The notes: a model not told the origin generated them from the sequence alone. A stretch of DNA of 52,425 bases from Acidimicrobiales bacterium (GCA_051011575.1 JBPCTR010000230.1:1-52425); one strand, 5' to 3'; counted from the first letter of the stretch, positions 19,116 through 27,936 are shown. A program made the numbers and translations.

Positions 19116-20719
19116 ATGGATTGTTTGGAGTCCTGAGTCGAATCGGCACGATCGAGGCCCGATTCGGAGCGGCGAGTGCCACACCGATCGGCACGGCCGG
19201 CACGGAGTCCGCGTCGTTCGGTTCACTTCTCGAGTCCGTTGACGCACCCAACTCAGGTTCTCGCGCATTTGCGTTCTCGGGCCTCACCGGAGGAGCGGGC
19301 ACCACCCCCGGAACCCTGCCGAACATCTCGCCTGCGCTTCGACGTGCATTCGAGGAAGCTGCCGATCGCTACGACCTCGATGTGAACTTCCTGATGGCGG
19401 TCTCCTGGACCGAATCGGCGTTCAACCCTGACGCCGTCTCGCATGCCGGCGCAATCGGTCTGATGCAGCTCATGCCGGGCACCGCGGCCGGACTCGGGGT
19501 GAATCCTCGTGATCCCCTCGAGAACATCGACGGAGGCGCGCGCTATCTGCGGGAGCAGCTCGATCGATTCGGATCACCCGAACTGGCCCTCGCCGCCTAC
19601 AACGCCGGACCCGGCGCGGTGCAGAGGTATGGCGGAGTCCCGCCGTTCGAGGAAACACAGAACTACGTGCCCCGGGTGATGGATCGATTCCGTGCACTCC
19701 TCGGCGCCGGGGTCGCCGGACTGAACAGTCCCGGTTCCGTCACGCCGACTGGCGCGAATCCAGTCGTCTCGGCCGCAGCCACGCCGGCGGCATCAGAGCT
19801 GGCAAACCCCAACCCGAGCCCCGACGCGGTTCGTGGTGAGGCAACCCAACCGCCGACGAAGCCGGCCGAGAACCCAGCGGCGATCGTCGATGCGGCGCCG
19901 GTACGCGTCGATGGCAACGAACAGCAGGACACTCGCCGCCGGGCGACGCCTGAGGTCAGGGCGTCCGAGTTGCAGCGAACCGTGATCACACCCGCTCAGG
20001 CCAGCGCCGCATCGACCGATCGTTCGGTCGATCTGGTCTCAGCGAGCACAGCGGGACCCCAGGTCGCGGCGTCCTCGGCCATCGCAGGGGAGATCATCGA
20101 GTCGAACGAGCCCGCGGCCGCCGAGATCATCAGCCAGGCGGTCGCCGATGGCGTGGCCCGTGAATCGTCGTCGTCCTCAACCTGGGGTGATGGGTCCCGA
20201 CCCGGTGATGGCGGACCCAGCACCGACGGCGGTTCCGCGTCGTCGCCATCGCTGAGTGCGGTTTCAGCTTCAGCGACACCGGGCACCACTGCGTCACCGA
20301 ACGTGACGCTCGCCGAGCCGGTTCCGATCAGCCGTGTGCCGGAGGCCCTGATGCAATTCGTGCAGCGCGGAGAGAACCAGATGGTTCGTCTGCAACTCGA
20401 CCCGGATGGGCTCGGCGAGATCTCCATACAGCTCTCCATGACAGCGACCGGCGAGGTGGCGGTGGAGATTCTCACCGAATCCGACACCACCGCGGCGCTG
20501 TTGGGACGAATCCGCGAAGCGCTCGACGCCAACCTGCGCAGCGAAGGGCTTCATCTCGACTCGTTCGACGTGTCGAGCCAGAGCGACACCGAAGAATCGA
20601 CCGCTGAGTCCGCTCGAGATGAGCGGGCTCGCGAGTCCGGCGATTCGGCCGACGACGTCGCTGATCCCGAAACCGAACCCGACCCAGACATCGACCGACC
20701 GTCGGTGCTCCGAATCTGA
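19112..20719 (+). CDS. fliK: Fusion: soluble lytic transglycosylase (SLT) + long linker + FliK C-terminal hook-length control domain
   Basis: SLT motifs TES, AGAIGLMQLMP, AAYNAG, ETQNYV (~19335-19690); Ala/Pro/Ser/Thr-rich linker; VRLQLDPDGLGEISI FliK-C signature (~20385-20580); single ORF between fliJ and flgD. Confidence 0.88.
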   Translation: MNGLFGVLSRIGTIEARFGAASATPIGTAGTESASFGSLLESVDAPNSGSRAFAFSGLTGGAGTTPGTLPNISPALRRAFEEAADRYDLDVNFLMAVSWTESAFNPDAVSHAGAIGLMQLMPGTAAGLGVNPRDPLENIDGGARYLREQLDRFGSPELALAAYNAGPGAVQRYGGVPPFEETQNYVPRVMDRFRALLGAGVAGLNSPGSVTPTGANPVVSAAATPAASELANPNPSPDAVRGEATQPPTKPAENPAAIVDAAPVRVDGNEQQDTRRRATPEVRASELQRTVITPAQASAASTDRSVDLVSASTAGPQVAASSAIAGEIIESNEPAAAEIISQAVADGVARESSSSSTWGDGSRPGDGGPSTDGGSASSPSLSAVSASATPGTTASPNVTLAEPVPISRVPEALMQFVQRGENQMVRLQLDPDGLGEISIQLSMTATGEVAVEILTESDTTAALLGRIREALDANLRSEGLHLDSFDVSSQSDTEESTAESARDERARESGDSADDVADPETEPDPDIDRPSVLRI

Positions 20720-20726
20720 GGAAATC

Positions 20727-21155
20727 ATGATCAACGGAATCAGTGGTATCGCCACGAGTGAGACGAGTCAGCCCATGATCGCCGACTCGATGGGGAACGA
20801 CAGAGATCTCTTTCTGAAGCTCCTCGTCGCGCAGGTCCAGTATCAGGACCCTCTCGAGCCCATGGACAACCAGGAGTACCTGGCCCAGACAGCTCAGTTC
20901 ACGATGGTCGAGCAGATCACGCGAATGGCAGAACAGACATCGGAACTCCTTGCGTTCCAACGTGCGACCCTCGCGTCGGGAATGATCGGCCAAACCGTGA
21001 CCGCCGTCGACGAATCAGAGGCGAGCACGACCGGGGTCGTGTCGGGGGTCGATTACAACTTCGGCGATCCACAACTTCTCATCGACGGCCAACGGGTCGG
21101 ACTCGACGAGGTGGTGGCCGCTGGTGCGACGCCAGAGGAGGAGTCGACCGACTGA
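20727..21155 (+). CDS. flgD: Hook capping protein FlgD
   Basis: FLKLLVAQVQYQDPLEPMD...AQTAQF. Confidence 0.96.
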   Translation: MINGISGIATSETSQPMIADSMGNDRDLFLKLLVAQVQYQDPLEPMDNQEYLAQTAQFTMVEQITRMAEQTSELLAFQRATLASGMIGQTVTAVDESEASTTGVVSGVDYNFGDPQLLIDGQRVGLDEVVAAGATPEEESTD

Positions 21156-21172
21156 CACCCACTCGGAATCTC

Positions 21173-21260
21173 ACAGGACGATGCCAACGCCACGGATGGC
21201 GGACACGCACTTCAGCGCTCGAGCGATCGGGCAGATCGAGAAATCGATGACTACAAGGAG
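21173..21260 (+). promoter_or_regulatory. Putative CsrA-binding sites in flgE leader
   Basis: ACAGGACG (21173-21180), hairpin CGCC-ACGGAT-GGCG (21188-21201) and ACAAGGAG overlapping the SD (21253-21260). Confidence 0.55.
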
Positions 21261-21269
21261 AACACAATC

Positions 21270-22496
21270 ATGATGCGTTCCATGTTCGCAGCCGTTTCCG
21301 GCCTGCGATCCCATCAGGTGATGGCCGACGTGATCGGCAACAACATCGCAAACGTCAACACGACCGGCTTCAAGTCGAGTCGCGTCGAGTTCGCGGACAC
21401 CATGTCGCAGCTCATGCAGGCGGGGTCACTCGCCACCAGCGCCGCGGCAAACGTGAATCCGACCCAGATTGGCCTCGGCGTCAAAGTTGCGGCCACGCAG
21501 CTGTCGCAGACACCGGGTGCCGCCCAGGTCACGAACCAGACCACCGACGTCGCGATCCAGGGCGATGGATTCTTCGTCGTTCGGATGGAGAACGAACAGC
21601 TGTATTCGAGGGCGGGCTCGTTCCGCTTTGATGCACTCGGACGTCTCGCAAACCCGTCGGGTGGGCTCGTGCAGGGTTGGCTGATCGACCCCGCCACGAA
21701 CGAGATCAACTCGAACGCACCCCTCACGGACATCGAGGTGCCGACGAGCTCGACGATCGAACCACAGATCACGACCGAGGTCGTCTATGGCGGCAACATG
21801 TCTGCCGTCGCTGCAGTGGGCGATCCCCCCGCTGAGTCTGTGATCGAGGTCGTCGACGGCCAGGGCGTACCCCACAAGGTGTCGCTCTCGTTCGAGAAGA
21901 CCGCGATCGATCAGTGGACCCTCACGATGACCGATGTCGCAGGCGGCGGCGTGATCAACACGACCACGCTCGACTTTGATCCAGCGAATGGCCAACTCGT
22001 TGCTCCCCCGGCTCCGTTCCCCGTCACGTTCACGACCCCGAACGGCGAGAACATCGTGTTCGACCTCGACCTCACCCAGACAACCCAGTACGGCACGCCC
22101 ACCGATCCTCGACTCATCTCGAGCGATGGATCAGAGGCCGGCTCGCTCAGAGGATTCGCAATCGATGCCAACGGCATCATCTCGGGAGTCTTCTCGAACG
22201 GTGAGACGCGTGATCTCGCTCAGCTCGCCCTCGCGGCGTTCTCCAACCCGAACGGGCTGGGAGCAGAGGGCGACACGGTGTTCCGCTCCACGCTCGCAAG
22301 TGGCGATGCCACCGTCGGTGCTGCTGGGACATCGGGCCGTGGCCTCCTCGCCGCCGGCCAGGTGGAGGCGTCAAACGTCGAGTTGGCCCTGGAGTTCACC
22401 AACTTGATCATCGCCCAGAGAGGCTTCCAGGCGAACAGCAGGGTGATCACTACGAGCGACGAGATGATCCAGGAACTCGTCAACCTGACGCGATAG
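21270..22496 (+). CDS. flgE: Flagellar hook protein FlgE
   Basis: GNNIANVNTTGFK, DVAIQGDGFF, EASNVELALEFTNLIIAQRGFQANSR; 408 aa. Confidence 0.96.
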   Translation: MMRSMFAAVSGLRSHQVMADVIGNNIANVNTTGFKSSRVEFADTMSQLMQAGSLATSAAANVNPTQIGLGVKVAATQLSQTPGAAQVTNQTTDVAIQGDGFFVVRMENEQLYSRAGSFRFDALGRLANPSGGLVQGWLIDPATNEINSNAPLTDIEVPTSSTIEPQITTEVVYGGNMSAVAAVGDPPAESVIEVVDGQGVPHKVSLSFEKTAIDQWTLTMTDVAGGGVINTTTLDFDPANGQLVAPPAPFPVTFTTPNGENIVFDLDLTQTTQYGTPTDPRLISSDGSEAGSLRGFAIDANGIISGVFSNGETRDLAQLALAAFSNPNGLGAEGDTVFRSTLASGDATVGAAGTSGRGLLAAGQVEASNVELALEFTNLIIAQRGFQANSRVITTSDEMIQELVNLTR

Positions 22497-22593
22497 GCGA
22501 CTGGCGGTAGCGGCGGACCGGCGGCGATAGCAGCACCCAAGTGGTGTCTGCACGTGCGGCGACGGCGACTGCTCCCTCCGATGGGAGAGACAC

Positions 22594-22893
22594 ATGATTC
22601 AGACAACGAGATTGAACGGCAGCCATCTGGTGGTGAACGCCGACCTCATCGAGGTCATCGAGGCCACGCCCGACACGGTGATCACCCTCATCGACGGAAC
22701 CCGGTTCATCGTGGTCGAGAGCCCCGATGAGCTCATTCGGCGCATCCAGCTCTTTCGTGCAGGCGTTCTCCGTTTGCGCGACGACCCCGAGCTTTCATCG
22801 AGCCATTCGGGCGGCGACCGCTCGCTCAGCGTGGTCCCGAACGAGGGGGCCCGACGTGACGATGGTCGAACGATCAAGAGAGAGGGGCGGTAG
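22594..22893 (+). CDS. flbD: FlbD/SwrD family flagellar protein
   Basis: MIQTTRLNG...NADLIEVIEATPDTVITL; between flgE and motA. Confidence 0.92.
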   Translation: MIQTTRLNGSHLVVNADLIEVIEATPDTVITLIDGTRFIVVESPDELIRRIQLFRAGVLRLRDDPELSSSHSGGDRSLSVVPNEGARRDDGRTIKREGR

Positions 22894-22896
22894 GCA

Positions 22897-23685
22897 ATGG
22901 ATCCGATAACCCTTGCGGGTCTTGCAATGGCAATTGGCGCAACGATGGGCGCCATGATCATGGGCGGTATCGACCCTGTCGGTGTGTTCCTGTCATCTCC
23001 GAGCTCGATCATTCTCGTCGTGTGCGGCACGATCGGCGCAACGCTTGCGTCCGGCTCGATGGGCGAGGCCACCGGCTTCGTCAAGGTGATGCTGAAGGCG
23101 CTCATGCCGCCGGCAGAGCCGGACTCCGAGAAGACGATTCAGACGGTGCTCGAATTCGCCGACACCGCACGTCGAGACGGCCTCCTCGCCCTCGAGGAAA
23201 GCGTTGCCACACTCGACGACGAGTTCCTTCAACGCGGCGTCCAGATGGCTGTCGATGGGACGGACCCCGAGGTGGTGCGAGAGGTCCTCGAGACCGACAT
23301 CGCTGCGACGGAGGACAGACACAAGGTCGGTGTCGGCTTCTTCGACAGGTGCGTCGGATATGCACCTGCGTTCGGAGTGGCCGGAACGGTGATCGGCCTG
23401 ATCGACATGTTGAACAACCTCGACGATCCGTCGGCACTCGGCCCGGCGATTGGCGTGGCGTTCGCGACCACACTCTGGGGCGTGTTCTTGGCGAACTACA
23501 TCTTCTCGCCCATGGCCAACCGGCTGCGGACGTCATCGAAGCAGGAAATCGCGTACAAGAACATGGTGCTGGAAGGCGTGATCGCCATCCAGGCCGGGGC
23601 CAGCCCCCGCGCGGTGGCGGACCGTCTCGCCGCGTATCTGGCGCCGTCGGCGCGCGAATCGATCGACGGGAGCAAGAGTGCCTAA
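22897..23685 (+). CDS. motA: Stator A subunit (MotA/PomA/MotP family)
   Basis: RRDGLLALE, APAFGVAGTVIGL, ATTLWG. Confidence 0.96.
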   Translation: MDPITLAGLAMAIGATMGAMIMGGIDPVGVFLSSPSSIILVVCGTIGATLASGSMGEATGFVKVMLKALMPPAEPDSEKTIQTVLEFADTARRDGLLALEESVATLDDEFLQRGVQMAVDGTDPEVVREVLETDIAATEDRHKVGVGFFDRCVGYAPAFGVAGTVIGLIDMLNNLDDPSALGPAIGVAFATTLWGVFLANYIFSPMANRLRTSSKQEIAYKNMVLEGVIAIQAGASPRAVADRLAAYLAPSARESIDGSKSA

Positions 23686-24679
23686 GCACAAGTGTCCCGA
23701 GCCGGAGCCGGACAACTCGAAGGCGTGGCTCGACAGCTACGCAGATGCAATGACGCTGCTTCTCGCGTTCTTCATCCTGTTGTTCGCGTTCTCGCTCGTG
23801 GATCAAAAGAAATTCCTCGAGTTCAAAGCGGGCCTGCACCTTGCGGCGGGAAAGGCCGCACCCACCCTCGACGGCGGAAACGGCATCCTCGACCTGGGCA
23901 GTGGTGTCACACCGCAGGTCGCGGCACCTCCGGTACTCGCGAATCAAGAGAAGACCGATCAGCGTTTCGACGTATCGAAAATCGACCCGTCGACCGCGTC
24001 GGTTCTCTACGACGAGCTCCGAGACCAGATACAGGCGATGCGCGCCACGCCGTTCGTGGAGGTCGAGAGGAATGCGCGCGGCGTCACGATTCGCATGGAC
24101 GCGTCGGTGGCGTTTGCATCGGGCTCGTCCGAACTCGTGCCCGATGGTGCCACGATTCTCTCCGGCCTCACACCCGTTCTCGAAGAGATCGACAATCCAA
24201 TCCTCATCGAAGGCCACACCGACAGCCAACCGACCAACGGTGGGGGTGGCTTCGCCACGAACTGGGAACTGTCGGCGATGCGGGCGGTAACCACATTGAG
24301 GTACATGTCCGAGATCCTCGGCATGCCAGACGCCCGATTGTCAGCGATCGGACACGCGGACACGATGCCGCGCAGCACGAACGAGACCGCTGAAGGTCGC
24401 GCGGCCAACCGACGGGTCGAGCTCGTCGTTCTTATCGAAGAGGAGCAAGCGGCGGAGATCCTGGGGACACCGGGCCAACATCCGCTCAATATGACCGCCT
24501 CGTCCGGGGTCGCACCTTTCGTCGACCTCAGCATTCCCACGCCTCTCGAACTCGCTGGAGTGACGAGAGACCAATCGCTGTTCGACATCACGCCGCCGAT
24601 CGTGGGGCAGGTCTACAACGGCGACACGTCAACCGAATTCGTATCCGATCCGAGCGGACAGGAGCAGTCAGATGGCTGA
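23678..24679 (+). CDS. motB: Stator B subunit (MotB/PomB/MotS family)
   Basis: WLDSYADAMTLLLAFFILL TM segment with catalytic Asp; OmpA-like IEGHTD, NWELSAMRA, NRRVE. Confidence 0.96.
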   Translation: MPKHKCPEPEPDNSKAWLDSYADAMTLLLAFFILLFAFSLVDQKKFLEFKAGLHLAAGKAAPTLDGGNGILDLGSGVTPQVAAPPVLANQEKTDQRFDVSKIDPSTASVLYDELRDQIQAMRATPFVEVERNARGVTIRMDASVAFASGSSELVPDGATILSGLTPVLEEIDNPILIEGHTDSQPTNGGGGFATNWELSAMRAVTTLRYMSEILGMPDARLSAIGHADTMPRSTNETAEGRAANRRVELVVLIEEEQAAEILGTPGQHPLNMTASSGVAPFVDLSIPTPLELAGVTRDQSLFDITPPIVGQVYNGDTSTEFVSDPSGQEQSDG

Positions 24680-25148
24680 AGAAGAAAACGCAGAAGAAGA
24701 AGCGGCCGCGGCGGCTGCGAAGAAAAAGAAGATGATCATCGGTGGCGTTCTCGCGGCCGGTGCGATCTATCGATTCGTCCTCAGCGGCGGAGCCGCAGAG
24801 GAGGTCCCCGAAGCGATGGCTGCGGTCGAGGAGGTGGACGTCGCAGAAGGAGAGATCTTGCCGATTCCCGAGATGACGCTCAACCTTGCCGACCCGGAGG
24901 CCCTCCACTTCGCGCGAATCGGGCTCGCCGCTGTTCTTCTCGAAGGCGAGGACCCTGTCATCGCCGAGGGCAAACTGCCGATCATCCAGGACATCGTCAT
25001 CGACGTCGTTGGCAACCGCACGTTCGCGGAGCTGCGAGAGCCAGGCATCAAGAACATCCTGCGAGACGAGATCTCGGAGAAGACCCGTGAAGCATTCGAC
25101 GGTGAAACCGTGTCGCGTGTGATTTTCACGTCGTTCGTCATGCAATAG
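24672..25148 (+). CDS. fliL: Basal body-associated protein FliL
   Basis: KKKK + TM segment, MTLNLAD, C-terminal VIFTSFVMQ. Confidence 0.93.
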   Translation: MAEEENAEEEAAAAAAKKKKMIIGGVLAAGAIYRFVLSGGAAEEVPEAMAAVEEVDVAEGEILPIPEMTLNLADPEALHFARIGLAAVLLEGEDPVIAEGKLPIIQDIVIDVVGNRTFAELREPGIKNILRDEISEKTREAFDGETVSRVIFTSFVMQ

Positions 25149-25299
25149 CTCAACCGCTCCACAAGACGTGATGCGGGAGGGCTCACACTTCACACGCTTA
25201 CTCCTCCCGTCTCGCCACGAAGCACCCCGCTTCGTTTCGGTCCCACGGATCGCCTGAAGGCGGCTCGTGGGGCCGCTGGCGTTTTCTCGTGATTTTCTT

Positions 25300-25328
25300 G
25301 TCAAGGCCCCCGAATCGCATCCCGATAC
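25300..25328 (+). promoter_or_regulatory. Sigma28-like promoter of flagellin 1
   Basis: GTCA-N17-CCCGATAC. Confidence 0.6.
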
Positions 25329-25335
25329 CTCCATT

Positions 25336-25406
25336 GCTCACAGGACGTGAGCGACGCAAACAAATACCGGATCCCAAGTCGGGGTCTGGAAATGTCAAGG
25401 AGGACA
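25336..25406 (+). promoter_or_regulatory. CsrA-binding leader of flagellin 1 (two GGA hairpins)
   Basis: GCTCAC-AGGAC-GTGAGC (25336-25352) and TGTC-AAGGAG-GACA over the SD (25393-25406), the same layout as the Bacillus hag leader. Confidence 0.75.
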
Positions 25407-25413
25407 GGGCGAA

Positions 25414-26220
25414 ATGACCTTGCGAATCAATCAGAATGTTGCGGCGGTAAACGCCCACCGCAACTTGGTGGGAAACGACAACGCCTTGAGTAAATCACTC
25501 GAGCGTCTGTCTTCGGGTTTCCGGATCAACCGAGCTGCAGATGATGCTGCCGGCCTGATCAAGTCGGAAACACTTCGCTCTGAGGTGCGTGGCACCAAAC
25601 AGGCGATTCAGAATGCCCAGGACGGGATCAGCTTCGTGCAGACGGCCGAGGGTTCACTCAACGAGGTCCACAGCATCCTTCAGCGGATGAACGAGCTGGC
25701 GGTTTCGGCCGCCAACACGGCGACCAGTGACGGGTCCGCCGAACAGGCCGAGATCGACGAACTTCTGCTGCAGATCGACTCGATCGGCACCAACACGAAG
25801 TTTGCCGGCCTCGATGTCTTTGCCGCAGCTGCGCAGACGTTCCACGTGGGCGCCAACAGCGGTGAGAGCATCGACGTGACGACGGGAGTGCTCACGCAGA
25901 CGTCGGTCGGTGTCAACGGACTCGACGTCACCACAGCCACGGGCGATGCCGACGCCGCCATCGGCACCATTGCGACGGCGATCGATACCGTCTCCACACT
26001 TCGTGGAACGCTGGGCGCCAAGCAGAACCGGCTCGAGTCGACCACGAACAACCTGCGGGTGAGCGTCGAGAATCTGTCGGCATCGGAATCACGAATCCGT
26101 GACACAGACATGGCCCTCGAGATGTCCGCCTTCACCCGGAACCAGATCATGGTCCAGGCCGGCACGGCGATGCTCGCGCAGGCCAACGCGGTTCCGCAGA
26201 CCATGCTCGGCCTTCTCTGA
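25414..26220 (+). CDS. fliC: Flagellin 1 (short, 268 aa)
   Basis: RLSSGFRINRAADDAAGL, LGAKQNRLES, SRIRDTDMA, AMLAQAN. Confidence 0.98.
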   Translation: MTLRINQNVAAVNAHRNLVGNDNALSKSLERLSSGFRINRAADDAAGLIKSETLRSEVRGTKQAIQNAQDGISFVQTAEGSLNEVHSILQRMNELAVSAANTATSDGSAEQAEIDELLLQIDSIGTNTKFAGLDVFAAAAQTFHVGANSGESIDVTTGVLTQTSVGVNGLDVTTATGDADAAIGTIATAIDTVSTLRGTLGAKQNRLESTTNNLRVSVENLSASESRIRDTDMALEMSAFTRNQIMVQAGTAMLAQANAVPQTMLGLL

Positions 26221-26272
26221 TACAGGCCAAATAGCACCACCGGGCCGGGAACAACGTCGTTTCCGGTCGAAC

Positions 26273-26320
26273 CACGATTCCCCGATGCCGGTCAGCCGGC
26301 GTCGGGGAATCGTGTGTTTT
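26273..26320 (+). terminator. Rho-independent terminator after flagellin 1
   Basis: CACGATTCCCCGATGCCGG-TCAG-CCGGCGTCGGGGAATCGTG followed by TGTTTT. Confidence 0.85.
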
Positions 26321-26395
26321 AGCCACCAATACAGGTAATCGGGCAGTCCGTCCGACCCATATCAGTGAGCCAAACGCCCAAACTCGCCCGAAGTC

Positions 26396-26423
26396 CTCAT
26401 CAGTGCTGCCACAAGTCCGATTG
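26396..26423 (+). promoter_or_regulatory. Sigma28-like promoter of flagellin 2
   Basis: CTCA-N16-TCCGATTG; CTCATCAGTGC is shared exactly with the fliD promoter. Confidence 0.65.
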
Positions 26424-26430
26424 ATCTCTT

Positions 26431-26465
26431 GCCCGCAAGGAAGTGGGTTACTAGTCAAGGAGGAC
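26431..26465 (+). promoter_or_regulatory. CsrA-binding leader of flagellin 2
   Basis: GCCCGC-AAGGAA-GTGGGT and GTC-AAGGAG-GAC (over the SD). Confidence 0.72.
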
Positions 26466-26473
26466 GCAGCACC

Positions 26474-27283
26474 ATGAGTCTGCAGATCAATCAGAATGTT
26501 GCGGCGATCAACGCTCACCGCAACCTTGTTTCCAACGACAACATGCTGAGCAAGTCGCTCGAGCGGCTGTCGTCTGGTTTCCGGATCAACCGAGCTGCAG
26601 ACGATGCAGCCGGCCTGATCAAGTCGGAAACCCTCCGTGCTGAGGTGCGTGGCACCCAGCAGGCGGTCAAGAATGCCCAGGACGGTATCAGCTTCGTCCA
26701 GACTGCAGAAGGCTCCCTCGTTGAGGTCCATGCCATGCTGCAGCGGATGAATGAGCTGGCTGTCTCTGCAGCCAACACCGCGACCAGCGACGGTTCCGCC
26801 GAACAGGCCGAGATCGACGAGCTCCTGCTCCAGATCGACGCCATCGGCACGAACACCAAGTTCGCTGGCCTCGATGTGTTCGACGCCGCCGCTCGTACGT
26901 TCCACGTGGGCGCCAACAGCGGTGAGTCCATCGATGTCACCACGGGTGCCCTCGATGTGGCCTCGGTCGGCGTGACCGGCCTCGACGTCACCACCGCAAC
27001 TGGTGACGCCGATGCTGCGATCGGAACATTGGCCACGGCCATCCAGACCGTGTCTGATCTGCGAGGAACCCTCGGTGCCAAGCAGAACCGTCTCGAGTCG
27101 ACGATCAACAACCTGCGTGTCAGCGTCGAGAACCTCTCGGCATCGGAATCACGAATTCGTGATACCGACATGGCTCTCGAGATGTCGATGTTCACCCGGA
27201 ACCAGATCATGGTCCAGGCCGGCACGGCGATGCTCGCACAGGCCAACGCTGTCCCCCAGAACATCCTCGGACTGCTCCGATAG
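26474..27283 (+). CDS. fliC: Flagellin 2 (short, 269 aa)
   Basis: Same flagellin motifs; close paralog of 25414..26220; ATG 26474 after AAGGAGG. Confidence 0.98.
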   Translation: MSLQINQNVAAINAHRNLVSNDNMLSKSLERLSSGFRINRAADDAAGLIKSETLRAEVRGTQQAVKNAQDGISFVQTAEGSLVEVHAMLQRMNELAVSAANTATSDGSAEQAEIDELLLQIDAIGTNTKFAGLDVFDAAARTFHVGANSGESIDVTTGALDVASVGVTGLDVTTATGDADAAIGTLATAIQTVSDLRGTLGAKQNRLESTINNLRVSVENLSASESRIRDTDMALEMSMFTRNQIMVQAGTAMLAQANAVPQNILGLLR

Positions 27284-27311
27284 TCCAACTGGCAACCCAA
27301 TTCCAGCCCTG

Positions 27312-27477
27312 GTCTCCCGGTCCGCTAGTCGGACCGGGAGACAAGGTCCGAATCGGCGGGATTCGGACGAGCTTCGGATTACCGGCGGGAAATCTGAGGC
27401 GGGTGAACCCGGATCGGCGGGTTGATCCGGGAGCTGGCGATCGGCGGTGGCCAATGGCGGGAACCCACCGCCGATCG
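27312..27477 (+). other. Highly structured intergenic region with repeated GGCGGG motif (ncRNA/terminator candidate)
   Basis: Four inverted repeats: 27312-27342 (13 bp), 27346-27368 (9 bp), 27408-27431 (8 bp), 27438-27477 (13 bp). The last overlaps GCCA-N16-GCCGATCG. Confidence 0.55.
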
Positions 27478-27509
27478 ACCAGCGGAAATTCACGACGGAA
27501 GAAAAGGGA

Positions 27510-27905
27510 ATGACGAACACGGCGGAACAGGCGAGGGATCGAGAGCTCACTCTTCATCAGAAGCAGGAGCTCGAGCGATACCGGACGGAACGAATTCTCA
27601 CGGCTCCTCCCGGCACGCTGATTTCGATGCTCCTGGAGCGTGCTGTCATCGATCTCGACGGCGCGATGGCGAAGCCCGACGCAGCCGAACGAAGCGCTCT
27701 CATTCGACACGCTCAAGACATTGTGCTCGAGCTTCGGTGCTGTATCGATCTGTCTCAAGGAGAGGTCGCTGAGAACCTCGACGCCTTGTACGCCTACGTT
27801 GAGCGTCAGTGTCTCGAGGCGTTTCTGACTCGGTCGAACGAGCCTCTGGGACCTGCCCGAAACGTGCTTGCCGACATTCACGAGGGTTGGGCCGCAATTC
27901 TCTGA
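27510..27905 (+). CDS. fliS: Flagellin chaperone FliS
   Basis: ILTAPPGTLISMLL, AQDIVLEL, AENLDALYAY, EGW. Confidence 0.92.
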   Translation: MTNTAEQARDRELTLHQKQELERYRTERILTAPPGTLISMLLERAVIDLDGAMAKPDAAERSALIRHAQDIVLELRCCIDLSQGEVAENLDALYAYVERQCLEAFLTRSNEPLGPARNVLADIHEGWAAIL

Positions 27906-27908
27906 CGC

Positions 27909-27936
27909 CTCACATGGCTCACACTTCGGCCGATAG
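27909..27936 (+). promoter_or_regulatory. Sigma28-like promoter of flgN-flgK-flgL-fliW (likely leaderless)
   Basis: CTCA-N16-GCCGATAG, 6 nt before GTG 27943. Confidence 0.72.

Noticed and set aside
22497-22593. Sigma28-like promoter before flbD-motAB
   Set aside because: TCCGATGG is present but no TCA -35 at 16-17 nt; the genes are probably read through from flgE.
25180-27927. Exact 12-mer GGCTCACACTTC at 25180-25191 and 27916-27927
   Set aside because: Only two copies, and the first has no -10 element at the right spacing, so it may be chance.
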